64,000 nt of DNA. Origin: an uncultured Anaerolineaceae bacterium (GTDB taxonomy: Bacteria; Chloroflexota; Anaerolineae; Aggregatilineales; Phototrophicaceae). Both the position numbers and the translations under genes were made by a program. Shown one piece after another: positions 56,353 to 64,000 of this stretch. The notes beneath the pieces were generated by a model. The model did not search any database. It saw only the letters and a program-made list of their open reading frames with translations, and had not been told where the DNA came from. How positions within the stretch are numbered: position 1 is the stretch's first letter; each line of letters begins with the position of its first letter. The stretch spans positions 17,317 to 81,316 of the forward strand of contig CAZWCV010000002.1 in the NCBI GenBank assembly GCA_964632725.1, in the 5' to 3' direction.

Positions 56353-58026
56353 CTAGGCGCCGGCAAGCGATGTATTGAAGAGCAGCGGATAGAATCCGTA
56401 GGCATCGAAGCGCAGATGGCGCAGATCAGCGCGCGCCGCCGTCAGTCGCACCGCCTCCCGAATCGGCAGAATCAGCGCCTCATCCATGATGCGGGCTTGC
56501 GCGTCATAGACCAGGTTTCGGCGGCGCTGGGCCTCTGAGGTATGCATGATGCCGAGCGCAAGGTTCTCCAATTCTTCATCTGGCGCTCGGGACGCGGCGT
56601 AAAACGAACTTTCGAGAAACAGCCTGGCCAATGCATTCGGATCGATACCGTACTGATCAAGTGGAAGCAGATCGTAGTTTCCGCTCTGAATCAGGCTGCG
56701 CATTCGCGAGCGGCCAGGCACCGGCTCAATCCGCAGCGCGACGCCCAGGGCTTGCCACTGCTGCTGCAGAATCGCGGCCACTTCCGGCAGACCGCCCCAG
56801 GGTGGAACCACCATCGACAGCGTGAGCGGCTCGCCGGCTCGCTCGACGACGCCGTCGCCGTCGCTGTCGCCGTAGCCGGCTTCGGCAAGCAAGGCCTGGG
56901 CGGCCGCCAAATCGTAAGCGAATCTGTCCGCATAACCGGTATGCGAATAGCCGGTGCTGGTCGCGAGCGGCGCCCAGGCTACCCCTGAGAAGTTTAAGTA
57001 CACCTGGTCGCTGATGGCGATGCGGTTGGTCGCCAGCAGCAGCGCCAGGCGAACTGAGCGGCTGTCGATGTGTTCCCGCGCTGTATTGAACAGAAACTGT
57101 ACGGAAAGCCCCGGGGTAGCCACCGGCAGCACTTGAACGCGGCTATTGCCCGCGAGATTTTGCGCATCGACAGGCGACAAGTTGTCGAGCACATCGAGCG
57201 AGTCGCTCAGCGCCGACAGCGCATCGACCCCGCGGCTGGCGCTTAGCGCAAATTCGACGCGAGTGATTTCGTCGCCGGTAAGCGGCGCGTAAATCGCCGG
57301 CGCAACGCGGTAATCGTCGAATCGTCGCAGCGCGATTCTTTCGCCGGGAAGATACTCGTCCAGCCGGAAAGGCCCGGTCCCCGCTTGATGGAATTGATAG
57401 CGCAACCGGCCATGAGCGTCAAGCGCCGCCGGGCTGGCGATACCGAGGTATGGCTGCGCCAAACCGTCGAGCAAGCCGGGAAAGGGCGAGGCCATTATCA
57501 GGCGAATCGTATAGTCGCCGGTGACTTCGTATTGGGTCAATGGCCCCAGCAGGTCGCGCGCCTGCGATTGAGGCGCGTCCGAATCAAAAATACGTTCAAT
57601 ATTTCGGCCTACCGCGGCGGCGTCAAAGCGACTGCCGTCATGAAAGACCACATCGCTTCGCAGGGCAAATGTATAGACCAGGCCATCTGGCGATACCTCC
57701 CAGTCAGTCGCCAGTCCCGGCGCGAATTCATGACTGTCGGCGTCGCGATATACCAGGGTGTCGTAAATCTGGCGGAAAACCATGCCGGCTTCCGCGGCTT
57801 CGGCATAATGAGGATCAAGTACTGGAATATCCGCGCTCAGGCCGTAGCGCAAACACAGTTCATCGGCCGAGCAGGGAAGTTCAACTGTCCCGCCGCCACA
57901 GCCGTTCAACAGCAGGGCCAGCATAACGCAAGTCGCGAGACGCAAGATCCCGATTCTTTCCCCAGCGCCGCCGCCACAACTTTCCCCGGCATTCGCAGAC
58001 AATGTACAATACAGTCGTGATTGCAT
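56353..58026 (-). CDS. ABC transporter substrate-binding protein, family 5 (peptide/nickel type), lipoprotein
   Basis: About 530-557 aa with lipobox LLLNGCGG. The SBP_bac_5-like pattern is present (VFRQIYDTLVY, ATDWEVSPDGLVYTFALRSDVVFHDGS). TTG at 57945 is a likely alternative start. No permease or ATPase genes are adjacent. Confidence 0.85.
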   Translation of the reverse strand: MQSRLYCTLSANAGESCGGGAGERIGILRLATCVMLALLLNGCGGGTVELPCSADELCLRYGLSADIPVLDPHYAEAAEAGMVFRQIYDTLVYRDADSHEFAPGLATDWEVSPDGLVYTFALRSDVVFHDGSRFDAAAVGRNIERIFDSDAPQSQARDLLGPLTQYEVTGDYTIRLIMASPFPGLLDGLAQPYLGIASPAALDAHGRLRYQFHQAGTGPFRLDEYLPGERIALRRFDDYRVAPAIYAPLTGDEITRVEFALSASRGVDALSALSDSLDVLDNLSPVDAQNLAGNSRVQVLPVATPGLSVQFLFNTAREHIDSRSVRLALLLATNRIAISDQVYLNFSGVAWAPLATSTGYSHTGYADRFAYDLAAAQALLAEAGYGDSDGDGVVERAGEPLTLSMVVPPWGGLPEVAAILQQQWQALGVALRIEPVPGRSRMRSLIQSGNYDLLPLDQYGIDPNALARLFLESSFYAASRAPDEELENLALGIMHTSEAQRRRNLVYDAQARIMDEALILPIREAVRLTAARADLRHLRFDAYGFYPLLFNTSLAGA

Positions 58027-58080
58027 AGCTCTACATTATAAACGGTAGTCTCTCCCTTCCTTGTTGGAGCAGGTCGGCAG

Positions 58081-58989
58081 ATGATAGATATTCCACAATT
58101 CCGGGAGACTGGCGCTGCAGAGTCCTATGGTATTTTGCCGGTTTGGAGACGGCTGGCCATTCTGTTTGTCTTGCTGTCGGCGGTTTGCGGAAGCATGGTG
58201 CTGGCGGGCGAGACGCTGCCTTTAACGCTAAACGCGGACTTCAATCGCGCGCTGTTGCTGCTGCTGGCGTCGCTCCCCGCAGGTATGTGGCTGCTGATTT
58301 CGGTGTTGCCAGAGAATCGCGTTGAGCGTCCTCGCCGTCGACTGATAGGCGTTGCGGTCGTATCCGGGCTGACCGCCTCCGCCATCGGGCTTCCGCTGGT
58401 GGAGACATTCTTCGTGCTGGATCAGTGGTTGCCGCTGCAATCGGTATTTCAGCGCATCATCGGCTACACGCTAACAGCGGGCTTGATAGACGTTGGGCTA
58501 CGATTCGCAGTTCTACGCAATCTGATTTACCCGCAGGCCCTGCGCGTTCGCAGCGACGCGCTGGCTTACGCCCTGGCCTCGGCGGTCGGCTACAGCTTCT
58601 ATTTGAGTCTGGTTCTGGTCTGGCGCTGGGAGCCAACCTGGAATAGCGCGGCGATCTACATTCTGTCCGGCTTTACAATTCAAGCGACTTCCAGCTTGTT
58701 CATCGCGCTGGGCATCATTGAGTCGTACTTTTCAGACGCATTCCCCTTGGTGTTGCCGGTCAATCTGCTTGCGGGCGCGCTGGTCGCGGGCGTCATGCAG
58801 GCGCTGCTGCCGGGGCTAATGAGCGGGCCGCTGAGCCAGGCGGGCGCCGCCGACCGGCCCCTGTTCGGTCTGATGTTTATTCTGGCCGCCGCTACCGTGT
58901 CCGTGGCCGTAGCCTATTTTCTTTACTCGAATTCGGAACGCCTCGAGCGCGAAGCCTACGTGAGCAACGAGGGAACGCATGGCGTTTGA
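58081..58989 (+). CDS. PrsW-like polytopic membrane protein lacking the protease catalytic motifs
   Basis: 302 aa with about 7-8 TM helices. By-eye alignment to B. subtilis PrsW gives these pairs: GLIDVGLRF versus FLEESLKWF, DALAYALASAVGYSFYLSL versus DGIVYGASVSLGFATLENI, TIQATS versus SSHALI, and NLLAGALV versus SLLHGSYD. The only His in the protein is residue 300. Confidence 0.55.
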   Translation: MIDIPQFRETGAAESYGILPVWRRLAILFVLLSAVCGSMVLAGETLPLTLNADFNRALLLLLASLPAGMWLLISVLPENRVERPRRRLIGVAVVSGLTASAIGLPLVETFFVLDQWLPLQSVFQRIIGYTLTAGLIDVGLRFAVLRNLIYPQALRVRSDALAYALASAVGYSFYLSLVLVWRWEPTWNSAAIYILSGFTIQATSSLFIALGIIESYFSDAFPLVLPVNLLAGALVAGVMQALLPGLMSGPLSQAGAADRPLFGLMFILAAATVSVAVAYFLYSNSERLEREAYVSNEGTHGV

Positions 58990-59578
58990 AACCGGTCGCT
59001 CGCCCGCTGTTCAGATTACGCCGCGCCAACGCTGGTCGATAGCCTTCAGTTATATGTTGATTGTTATCGGCCTCGTGCTCGGTGTGAATCAGCGCGACCG
59101 CTTGCTCAATCAAACCAGCGTTTACAGCAATAACTCGGTCGGCATTACCGCCAGCTATCCCGCGCGCTGGCTGCTTGATGAGTCGGAAGAAAGTGTATTT
59201 CGAATTCGCGATATGTCGCATCTCGGCTTTAAGACGACGATCGAACTACGCTCGCTGCCTGTGGGCGCGGATAGCGCAGAGCGCAACCTGCTCGATCATC
59301 TAAGTTTGCAGCGCTCGCAAGTCTTCATTGACTACTCGGTCCTGGGCTATGATAGCTACCGATTACCCGACGATTCGCAGGCAATCAGCATGTCATACAC
59401 CTTTGTGTCGCGGGAAGCCAGCCCATTCCTGGAAGGCGCCTCCGCCATCGTCAACGGCCTGGATATACTTGTAATCCGCCGCGGACAAGCTTTCGTCGTA
59501 TCTTTTCGCGCTGAATCGAGCATCTATCAGCGTGAACTGGAAACCTTCCGCCGCTTCATAGACAAGCTCGAATTCTGA
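58979..59578 (+). CDS. hypothetical membrane-anchored protein
   Basis: 199 aa. It has one N-terminal TM helix (WSIAFSYMLIVIGLVLGV) followed by a mixed alpha/beta-looking domain. It overlaps the upstream gene by 11 nt and the downstream gene by 1 nt. Confidence 0.6.
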   Translation: MAFETGRSPAVQITPRQRWSIAFSYMLIVIGLVLGVNQRDRLLNQTSVYSNNSVGITASYPARWLLDESEESVFRIRDMSHLGFKTTIELRSLPVGADSAERNLLDHLSLQRSQVFIDYSVLGYDSYRLPDDSQAISMSYTFVSREASPFLEGASAIVNGLDILVIRRGQAFVVSFRAESSIYQRELETFRRFIDKLEF

Positions 59579-61803
59579 TGAAAATACGAGCGATCAGGAC
59601 CATAACGCCGGCAATTGTCGCCGTCCTCTTGCTGCTGCCGCACCTGTCAGTTGCCGCGCAGGGCAGCCTGGTCCTTGGCCTGGACAGGATCAAGCGCGCG
59701 ACGGTATTTGTCTATCAGGTTGAAAGCGAGGGCGACAACCTGGTCGTCACCTGCGTCAGCACCGGTACCTTGATAAGCGCGGACGGGCTGATAATCACAA
59801 AGGCGAACGGCGTCGCGCCGGGACGACAGTGCCGTGGCGACACGCTCATCGTCTCGCTCAATGTGGACCTGGAAGAACCGCCGATTCCCAAGTATCGAGC
59901 GGACATCGTTAGCGCGGACGCGGGACTGGATATCGCCCTGATTCGGATTGCGCGCGAGCTTGACGGCCGGCTGATTGCCCAGGGCGAGTTGCCGGTGCTG
60001 CCCTTCGTCGCGGTAGGAGATTCCAACAGCGTATCCATAGACGACAACCTGATCGTAGTTGGTTATCCGGACATCGGCAACGGACCGGTCGCCTTCGCGC
60101 GCGGAACTGTGACCGCTTTCCTGACGGAGCCGCTAGCGGGTTCGCGGACCTGGTTCAAGACGCGCGCCGAGATTCCAGGCGCTATGGCCGGTGGCGGCGC
60201 CTACAACACCGGCGGCGAGCTAATCGGCATTCCCACTAATGCGCCGCTGGCCGGTCCGGCTGCGGCGTCCAACTGCCGCTATCTAAACGACACCAACAGC
60301 GACGGCTTGGTCAACAGCAGCGATCGCTGCGTGCCCACGGGCGACTTCATCAGCACGCTGCGGCCGATTGCCCTGGCGCAACACCTGATTCGTGGCGCTC
60401 GCCTGGGATTGCGCGTGAATACAAGTTCGCTTGAGCGCGATTCCGCTCCGCCCCAGAGTCCGCCGCGTGTGTCGCGAGTTTTTGTCTCGCCGTCGGTTCG
60501 CGGCGCTATGCCGTCTACGGTGGTCGGCTCGCTGCCCGCCAATACGCGAAATCTCTACCTGTTCTTCGACTACGACAATTTCTCGTCCGACACCGTTTAC
60601 GAATTGCGAGTGACGCGAGACGGGATACCCGATACGACATTCAGCTTGCCGCCCGTGCGCTGGAGCGGCGGCAAACGCGGGCTGTGGTATATCGGCGCGC
60701 GCGAGCAAGCCTGGGCCAACGGCGCTTACGAGTTCACGCTGCTGGTGAATGGCGCGGGCGCCGGCAGCCAGAAGATCGTCATCGGCGGCGGAGCGGAGGA
60801 CCGGGCGCACTTCAGCGACATTGTCTTTGGAACGCTCGATCAAGCCGGCAATTTGATAGGAAACGGCTCAATCGTCCCGCTGGGCAATATCGCCTACGCC
60901 CGCTTTCTCCACGCCAATATGTCTGCCGGCGTCGCCTGGTCGGCCATCTGGTATTACGCCGGCGTCGAATTCGCTCGCACGAGTGACACGTGGTCAGAAG
61001 AGGCCTTTGGCTCCAAGGTCATCAGCGTTGACCCGGCGGGCGGATTGCTGCCGGGCGAATATCGCCTGGAGCTCTACGTGGAAGGCGCGCTCTCGGCTAC
61101 CTCCGATTTCTATGTCGCGGGCGAGCAAGGATCGCCCTTGCCGCGCGTATTCAGCAACTTGCGCTTTTCCGGCGCCGATTCGCTGGCGGCAGCTCGCGGT
61201 GGCGCCGCCGCGTCCAGCTATCCGTCTTCGATTCCTGCGCTTTTTGCTCTGTTTGATTGGCGGCAGATCATAGTTGGCACGCCCTGGACGGCGAGTTGGC
61301 TGGTCGACGGCCAGGAATTTTTCCGCTACTCGCAGCCCTGGCTGGCGCCGGAATCCGGTTCTGATTTTGCGCTTGTTTTGCCCAGCCCGCCGGATGGGAA
61401 TTATCAGTTGAAGCTTTTGGTGAACGATTTGCTGCTGCTTGAGCAATCAGCGGTCGTGGGCATTGGCCAGCTGCCGATCGACCGCTTTGCGGAATTCCAG
61501 GGCGCGGTCCTCGCGGGCAGAGTCGTTGACGCGGCAACGCAACAAGGGATCCCCAGTCTGTCGGTTGTGCTGATCAGCGAGGACTTTGACGCCAGCGAAT
61601 TCGTCTGGAACCAAGAGCAAGTGGTGGCGCTGGCGACAAGCGATCGCAACGGGGACTTCCAGTTCGCTCGTCCGCTCGCCTTTGATACGCCCTACAGCGT
61701 TGTAATCGAAGCCGACGGCTACATCCCCAATTTCGCCGACGTCTTTGAGTTCGGCGCCGGTCAGCCCAGCGCGGACATCACCATCGAGATGGTGCGCGGC
61801 TGA
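59578..61803 (+). CDS. secreted trypsin-like (S1C/HtrA-type fold) protein with substituted catalytic His and Ser, three tandem unknown beta-rich domains and a C-terminal CarboxypepD_reg-like domain
   Basis: 741 aa with signal peptide ...[29 protein letters not shown] stands where the canonical motif is ..[17 protein letters not shown] retains the Asp. [23 protein letters not shown] stands where the canonical motif is ..NPGNSGGPL..GE.IGI. The C-terminus [19 protein letters not shown]...SDRNGDFQF is CarboxypepD_reg-like. Confidence 0.75.
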   Translation: MKIRAIRTITPAIVAVLLLLPHLSVAAQGSLVLGLDRIKRATVFVYQVESEGDNLVVTCVSTGTLISADGLIITKANGVAPGRQCRGDTLIVSLNVDLEEPPIPKYRADIVSADAGLDIALIRIARELDGRLIAQGELPVLPFVAVGDSNSVSIDDNLIVVGYPDIGNGPVAFARGTVTAFLTEPLAGSRTWFKTRAEIPGAMAGGGAYNTGGELIGIPTNAPLAGPAAASNCRYLNDTNSDGLVNSSDRCVPTGDFISTLRPIALAQHLIRGARLGLRVNTSSLERDSAPPQSPPRVSRVFVSPSVRGAMPSTVVGSLPANTRNLYLFFDYDNFSSDTVYELRVTRDGIPDTTFSLPPVRWSGGKRGLWYIGAREQAWANGAYEFTLLVNGAGAGSQKIVIGGGAEDRAHFSDIVFGTLDQAGNLIGNGSIVPLGNIAYARFLHANMSAGVAWSAIWYYAGVEFARTSDTWSEEAFGSKVISVDPAGGLLPGEYRLELYVEGALSATSDFYVAGEQGSPLPRVFSNLRFSGADSLAAARGGAAASSYPSSIPALFALFDWRQIIVGTPWTASWLVDGQEFFRYSQPWLAPESGSDFALVLPSPPDGNYQLKLLVNDLLLLEQSAVVGIGQLPIDRFAEFQGAVLAGRVVDAATQQGIPSLSVVLISEDFDASEFVWNQEQVVALATSDRNGDFQFARPLAFDTPYSVVIEADGYIPNFADVFEFGAGQPSADITIEMVRG
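60463..61461 (+). repeat. three tandem protein-level repeats of about 110 codons inside the pseudoprotease gene
   Basis: The repeats span residues about 296-404, 405-516 and 517-628. They share a pattern of hydrophobic-F-x-D, then W...W, then G-x-Y-x-L-x-L-x-V-(N/E)-G. Examples are NLYLFFDYD...[20 protein letters not shown]...[11 protein letters not shown] and ALFALFDWR...[11 protein letters not shown]. Confidence 0.6.
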
Positions 61804-61805
61804 CG

Positions 61806-62597
61806 ATGGCCGGCAAGACGCGCCTGGACCGCTTAATGATGGAAAGGAAACTCGCTGGCACTCGCAGCAAGGCCGCGGCCCAGATCATGGCCGGCGAAGT
61901 CACGGTTGACGGCAGGCGCATCGACAAGCCCGGCAGCATGGTTCGAAGCGACGCGGAGATCACGCTCAAGGCCAAGCCCCGCTATGTGGGTCGCGGCGGC
62001 GTTAAGCTGGAAGCGGCGCTGGAGGCCTTTGACGTCCAGGCGGACAAGCAAGTCTGCGCTGACGTCGGCGCCAGCACCGGTGGCTTTACCGACTGCCTGC
62101 TGCAGCATGGCGCGGCCCGCGTTTACGCCATCGACGTCGGCCGCGGCCTTCTGGATTATCGCTTGCGCGTCGACGATCGCGTCCGCCTGTTGGAGGGCAC
62201 AAACGCGCGCCATCTGAGTTCGCTGCCGGAGCGCCCTTCCCTGGTGGTGATTGATGTGTCTTTCATCTCGATCCGTTTGATTCTGCCGGCGGTTAAGCGC
62301 TGGCTATCCGAAGACGCTGACATAATCGCGCTGGTGAAACCGCAATTTGAGGTCGGTAAAGGCGAGGTCGGCAAAGGCGGCATCGTGCGCGCCGCCTCGC
62401 TGCGCCGCCGCGCGCTGCGAGACATCGTCGCCTTCGCCGAAACTCTGGACATGCAAAGCGCCGATGTCATCCCCTCGCCCATCACAGGCGCGAAGGGCAA
62501 TGTGGAGTACTTGCTTTGGCTGCGGCTGTCGGCGATCGGCGACAATGGCGCGCGGGTACGCCGCAAGATTGACGCGCTGCACGCGGCGCCAAAATAG
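61806..62597 (+). CDS. tlyA: TlyA-family rRNA (cytidine-2'-O)-methyltransferase
   Basis: The S4-like N-terminus ([31 protein letters not shown]) is followed by the FtsJ-like motif [16 protein letters not shown]. Confidence 0.9.
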   Translation: MAGKTRLDRLMMERKLAGTRSKAAAQIMAGEVTVDGRRIDKPGSMVRSDAEITLKAKPRYVGRGGVKLEAALEAFDVQADKQVCADVGASTGGFTDCLLQHGAARVYAIDVGRGLLDYRLRVDDRVRLLEGTNARHLSSLPERPSLVVIDVSFISIRLILPAVKRWLSEDADIIALVKPQFEVGKGEVGKGGIVRAASLRRRALRDIVAFAETLDMQSADVIPSPITGAKGNVEYLLWLRLSAIGDNGARVRRKIDALHAAPK

Positions 62598-62665
62598 CTT
62601 GCCCTACTCCAAGTGCTTCTCTTGCTTCATAATGGGATAACTGCACCGTATACACTGGCGGCTCG

Positions 62666-64000
62666 ATGACAATCGCGCAAATCCGCAACTTCTGCATAAT
62701 CGCCCATGTCGACCACGGCAAGAGCACGCTGGCTGATCGTCTGCTGGAACTGACGCAGACGGTGAGCGAGCGCGATATGCAAGAACAGCTGCTCGATAGC
62801 ATGGCGCTGGAGCGCGAACGCGGCGTCACCATAAAGGCCTCCGCCGTGCGCATGCTCTACACCGCCAGCGACGGACAGGACTACACCATCAATTTGATTG
62901 ACACGCCCGGGCACGTAGACTTCACTTACGAGGTGAGCCGCGCCCTGCAAGCCTGCGAAGGCGCTGTCCTCGTCGTGGACGCCAGCCAGGGTATTGAGGC
63001 GCAGACGCTGTCTAACGTTTACCTGGCGCTTGAGCAAGATCTCGAGATAATTCCCGTCATCAACAAGATTGATTTGCCGGCCGCGCAGCCCGATGAAGTC
63101 GCGCGCGAAGTAGCGGAGCTGCTTGGTTCCCCGATTGCCGATCTGCCGCGAATCTCCGCCAAGAACGGCATCGGCGTGGTAGATCTGCTGGAGACGATAA
63201 TCGCCGATGTGCCGGCGCCGGCCACCGACGCGCAGCAGCCCCTGCGCGCGCTCGTCTTCGATTCTCACTATGATCCATACAAGGGCGTTATCGCCTACGT
63301 TCGCATTGTGGACGGCAGCGTGAATCGGCGCGACCTGCTCAAACTCTTCGCCACGGGCGCCGGTTTCGAGCCGGTGGAAATCGGCGTCTTTGATCCGGTC
63401 ATGCGCACGGTGGACAGCTTGAATGCCGGCGAAGTCGGCTATATCGCCACCGGCTTGAAGACCGTGCGCGAATGCCGGGTCGGCGATACCATCACGCTGG
63501 CGCGGGGCGGCGCAAAGAGCCCCCTGCCCGGCTACGAGCAAGCCAAGCCGATGGTTTTCGCCGGCATCTATCCCACCAACAACGAAGACTACGGCGACCT
63601 GCGCGACGCGCTGGAAAAACTGCAGCTCAACGACGCCTCGCTCGCGTACCAGCCGGAGACCTCACAAGCGCTCAACTTCGGTTTCCGTGTAGGGTTTCTC
63701 GGCTTGTTTCATATGGAGATCATTCAGGAGCGCCTGGAGCGCGAATACGATCTCGATATTCTGGCGACCGCGCCCAGCGTGGAGTATCGCGTCTTGCAGC
63801 GGGATGGCGAGACGCGGCTGATCGACAGCCCGGCCCTGCTGCCTGACGAGAGCACGATAGAAGAGATACACGAGCCCTGGATGAAAATTCAGATTTACGT
63901 GCCGCAGAAGTACATCGGCGCCGTGATGGAGCTGGCGATAAGAAAACGCGGCCTCTACGAAACCACCGAGTATCTCGACGCCTCGCGCGTTATTCTCCAC
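62666..64000 (+). CDS. lepA: elongation factor 4 (LepA), 3' end runs off the window
   Basis: Hand translation from ATG at 62666 gives MTIAQIRNFCIIAHVDHGKSTLADRLLE...LIDTPGHVDF...NKIDLP. The frame is open to position 64000. It is absent from the ORF track because it has no in-window stop. Confidence 0.95.
   Translation, partial: MTIAQIRNFCIIAHVDHGKSTLADRLLELTQTVSERDMQEQLLDSMALERERGVTIKASAVRMLYTASDGQDYTINLIDTPGHVDFTYEVSRALQACEGAVLVVDASQGIEAQTLSNVYLALEQDLEIIPVINKIDLPAAQPDEVAREVAELLGSPIADLPRISAKNGIGVVDLLETIIADVPAPATDAQQPLRALVFDSHYDPYKGVIAYVRIVDGSVNRRDLLKLFATGAGFEPVEIGVFDPVMRTVDSLNAGEVGYIATGLKTVRECRVGDTITLARGGAKSPLPGYEQAKPMVFAGIYPTNNEDYGDLRDALEKLQLNDASLAYQPETSQALNFGFRVGFLGLFHMEIIQERLEREYDLDILATAPSVEYRVLQRDGETRLIDSPALLPDESTIEEIHEPWMKIQIYVPQKYIGAVMELAIRKRGLYETTEYLDASRVILH

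Noticed and set aside
62627-63541. 304-aa minus-strand ORF
   Set aside because: It is antisense to lepA. The lepA translation (IIAHVDHGKSTL, DTPGHVDF, NKIDLP) is unambiguous.

Overview
High-GC (roughly 60%) bacterial chromosomal window, densely coded: about 60 CDS and 2 tRNAs. I found no rRNA, CRISPR array, transposase or integrase, or recognisable defence genes. Most of it is housekeeping: pyrG, pheA, asd, hemW, acpP, plsX-fabF-trmFO-hflX, smpB, trpS, rseP, tlyA, lepA, and tRNA-Leu(GAG) and tRNA-Glu(CUC) with near-consensus promoters. The gene content suggests a Chloroflexota-like organism, which is inference only: bacterial mevalonate kinase plus isopentenyl-phosphate kinase plus type-2 IDI, O-antigen-ligase-like fusion proteins, a DUF348/G5 lipoprotein, and many SH3b/LysM wall proteins. 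I see no unambiguous new system. The candidates most worth follow-up are: (1) a translationally coupled three-gene operon (58081-61803) in which a PrsW-like membrane protein and an HtrA/S1C-like secreted protein both appear to have lost their catalytic residues; (2) a roughly 10 kb minus-strand envelope-glycan operon (21834-31486) containing a 1045-aa fusion of a clan-A glycosidase-like domain to an O-antigen-ligase-like membrane domain; (3) an adenosine-deaminase-fold protein with every metal or catalytic motif substituted (9968-11011); (4) an alternative mevalonate-pathway module (MVK, decarboxylase, IPK, no PMK) with an embedded DPPR-synthase-like UbiA (52629-56348); (5) a 279-bp convergent intergenic spacer carrying a phased array of CGGACA motifs and mutually exclusive hairpins (20021-20140). 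All domain calls come from reading the translations by eye. No database search was run. Many long ORFs in the six-frame track are antisense shadows typical of high-GC DNA and were rejected.
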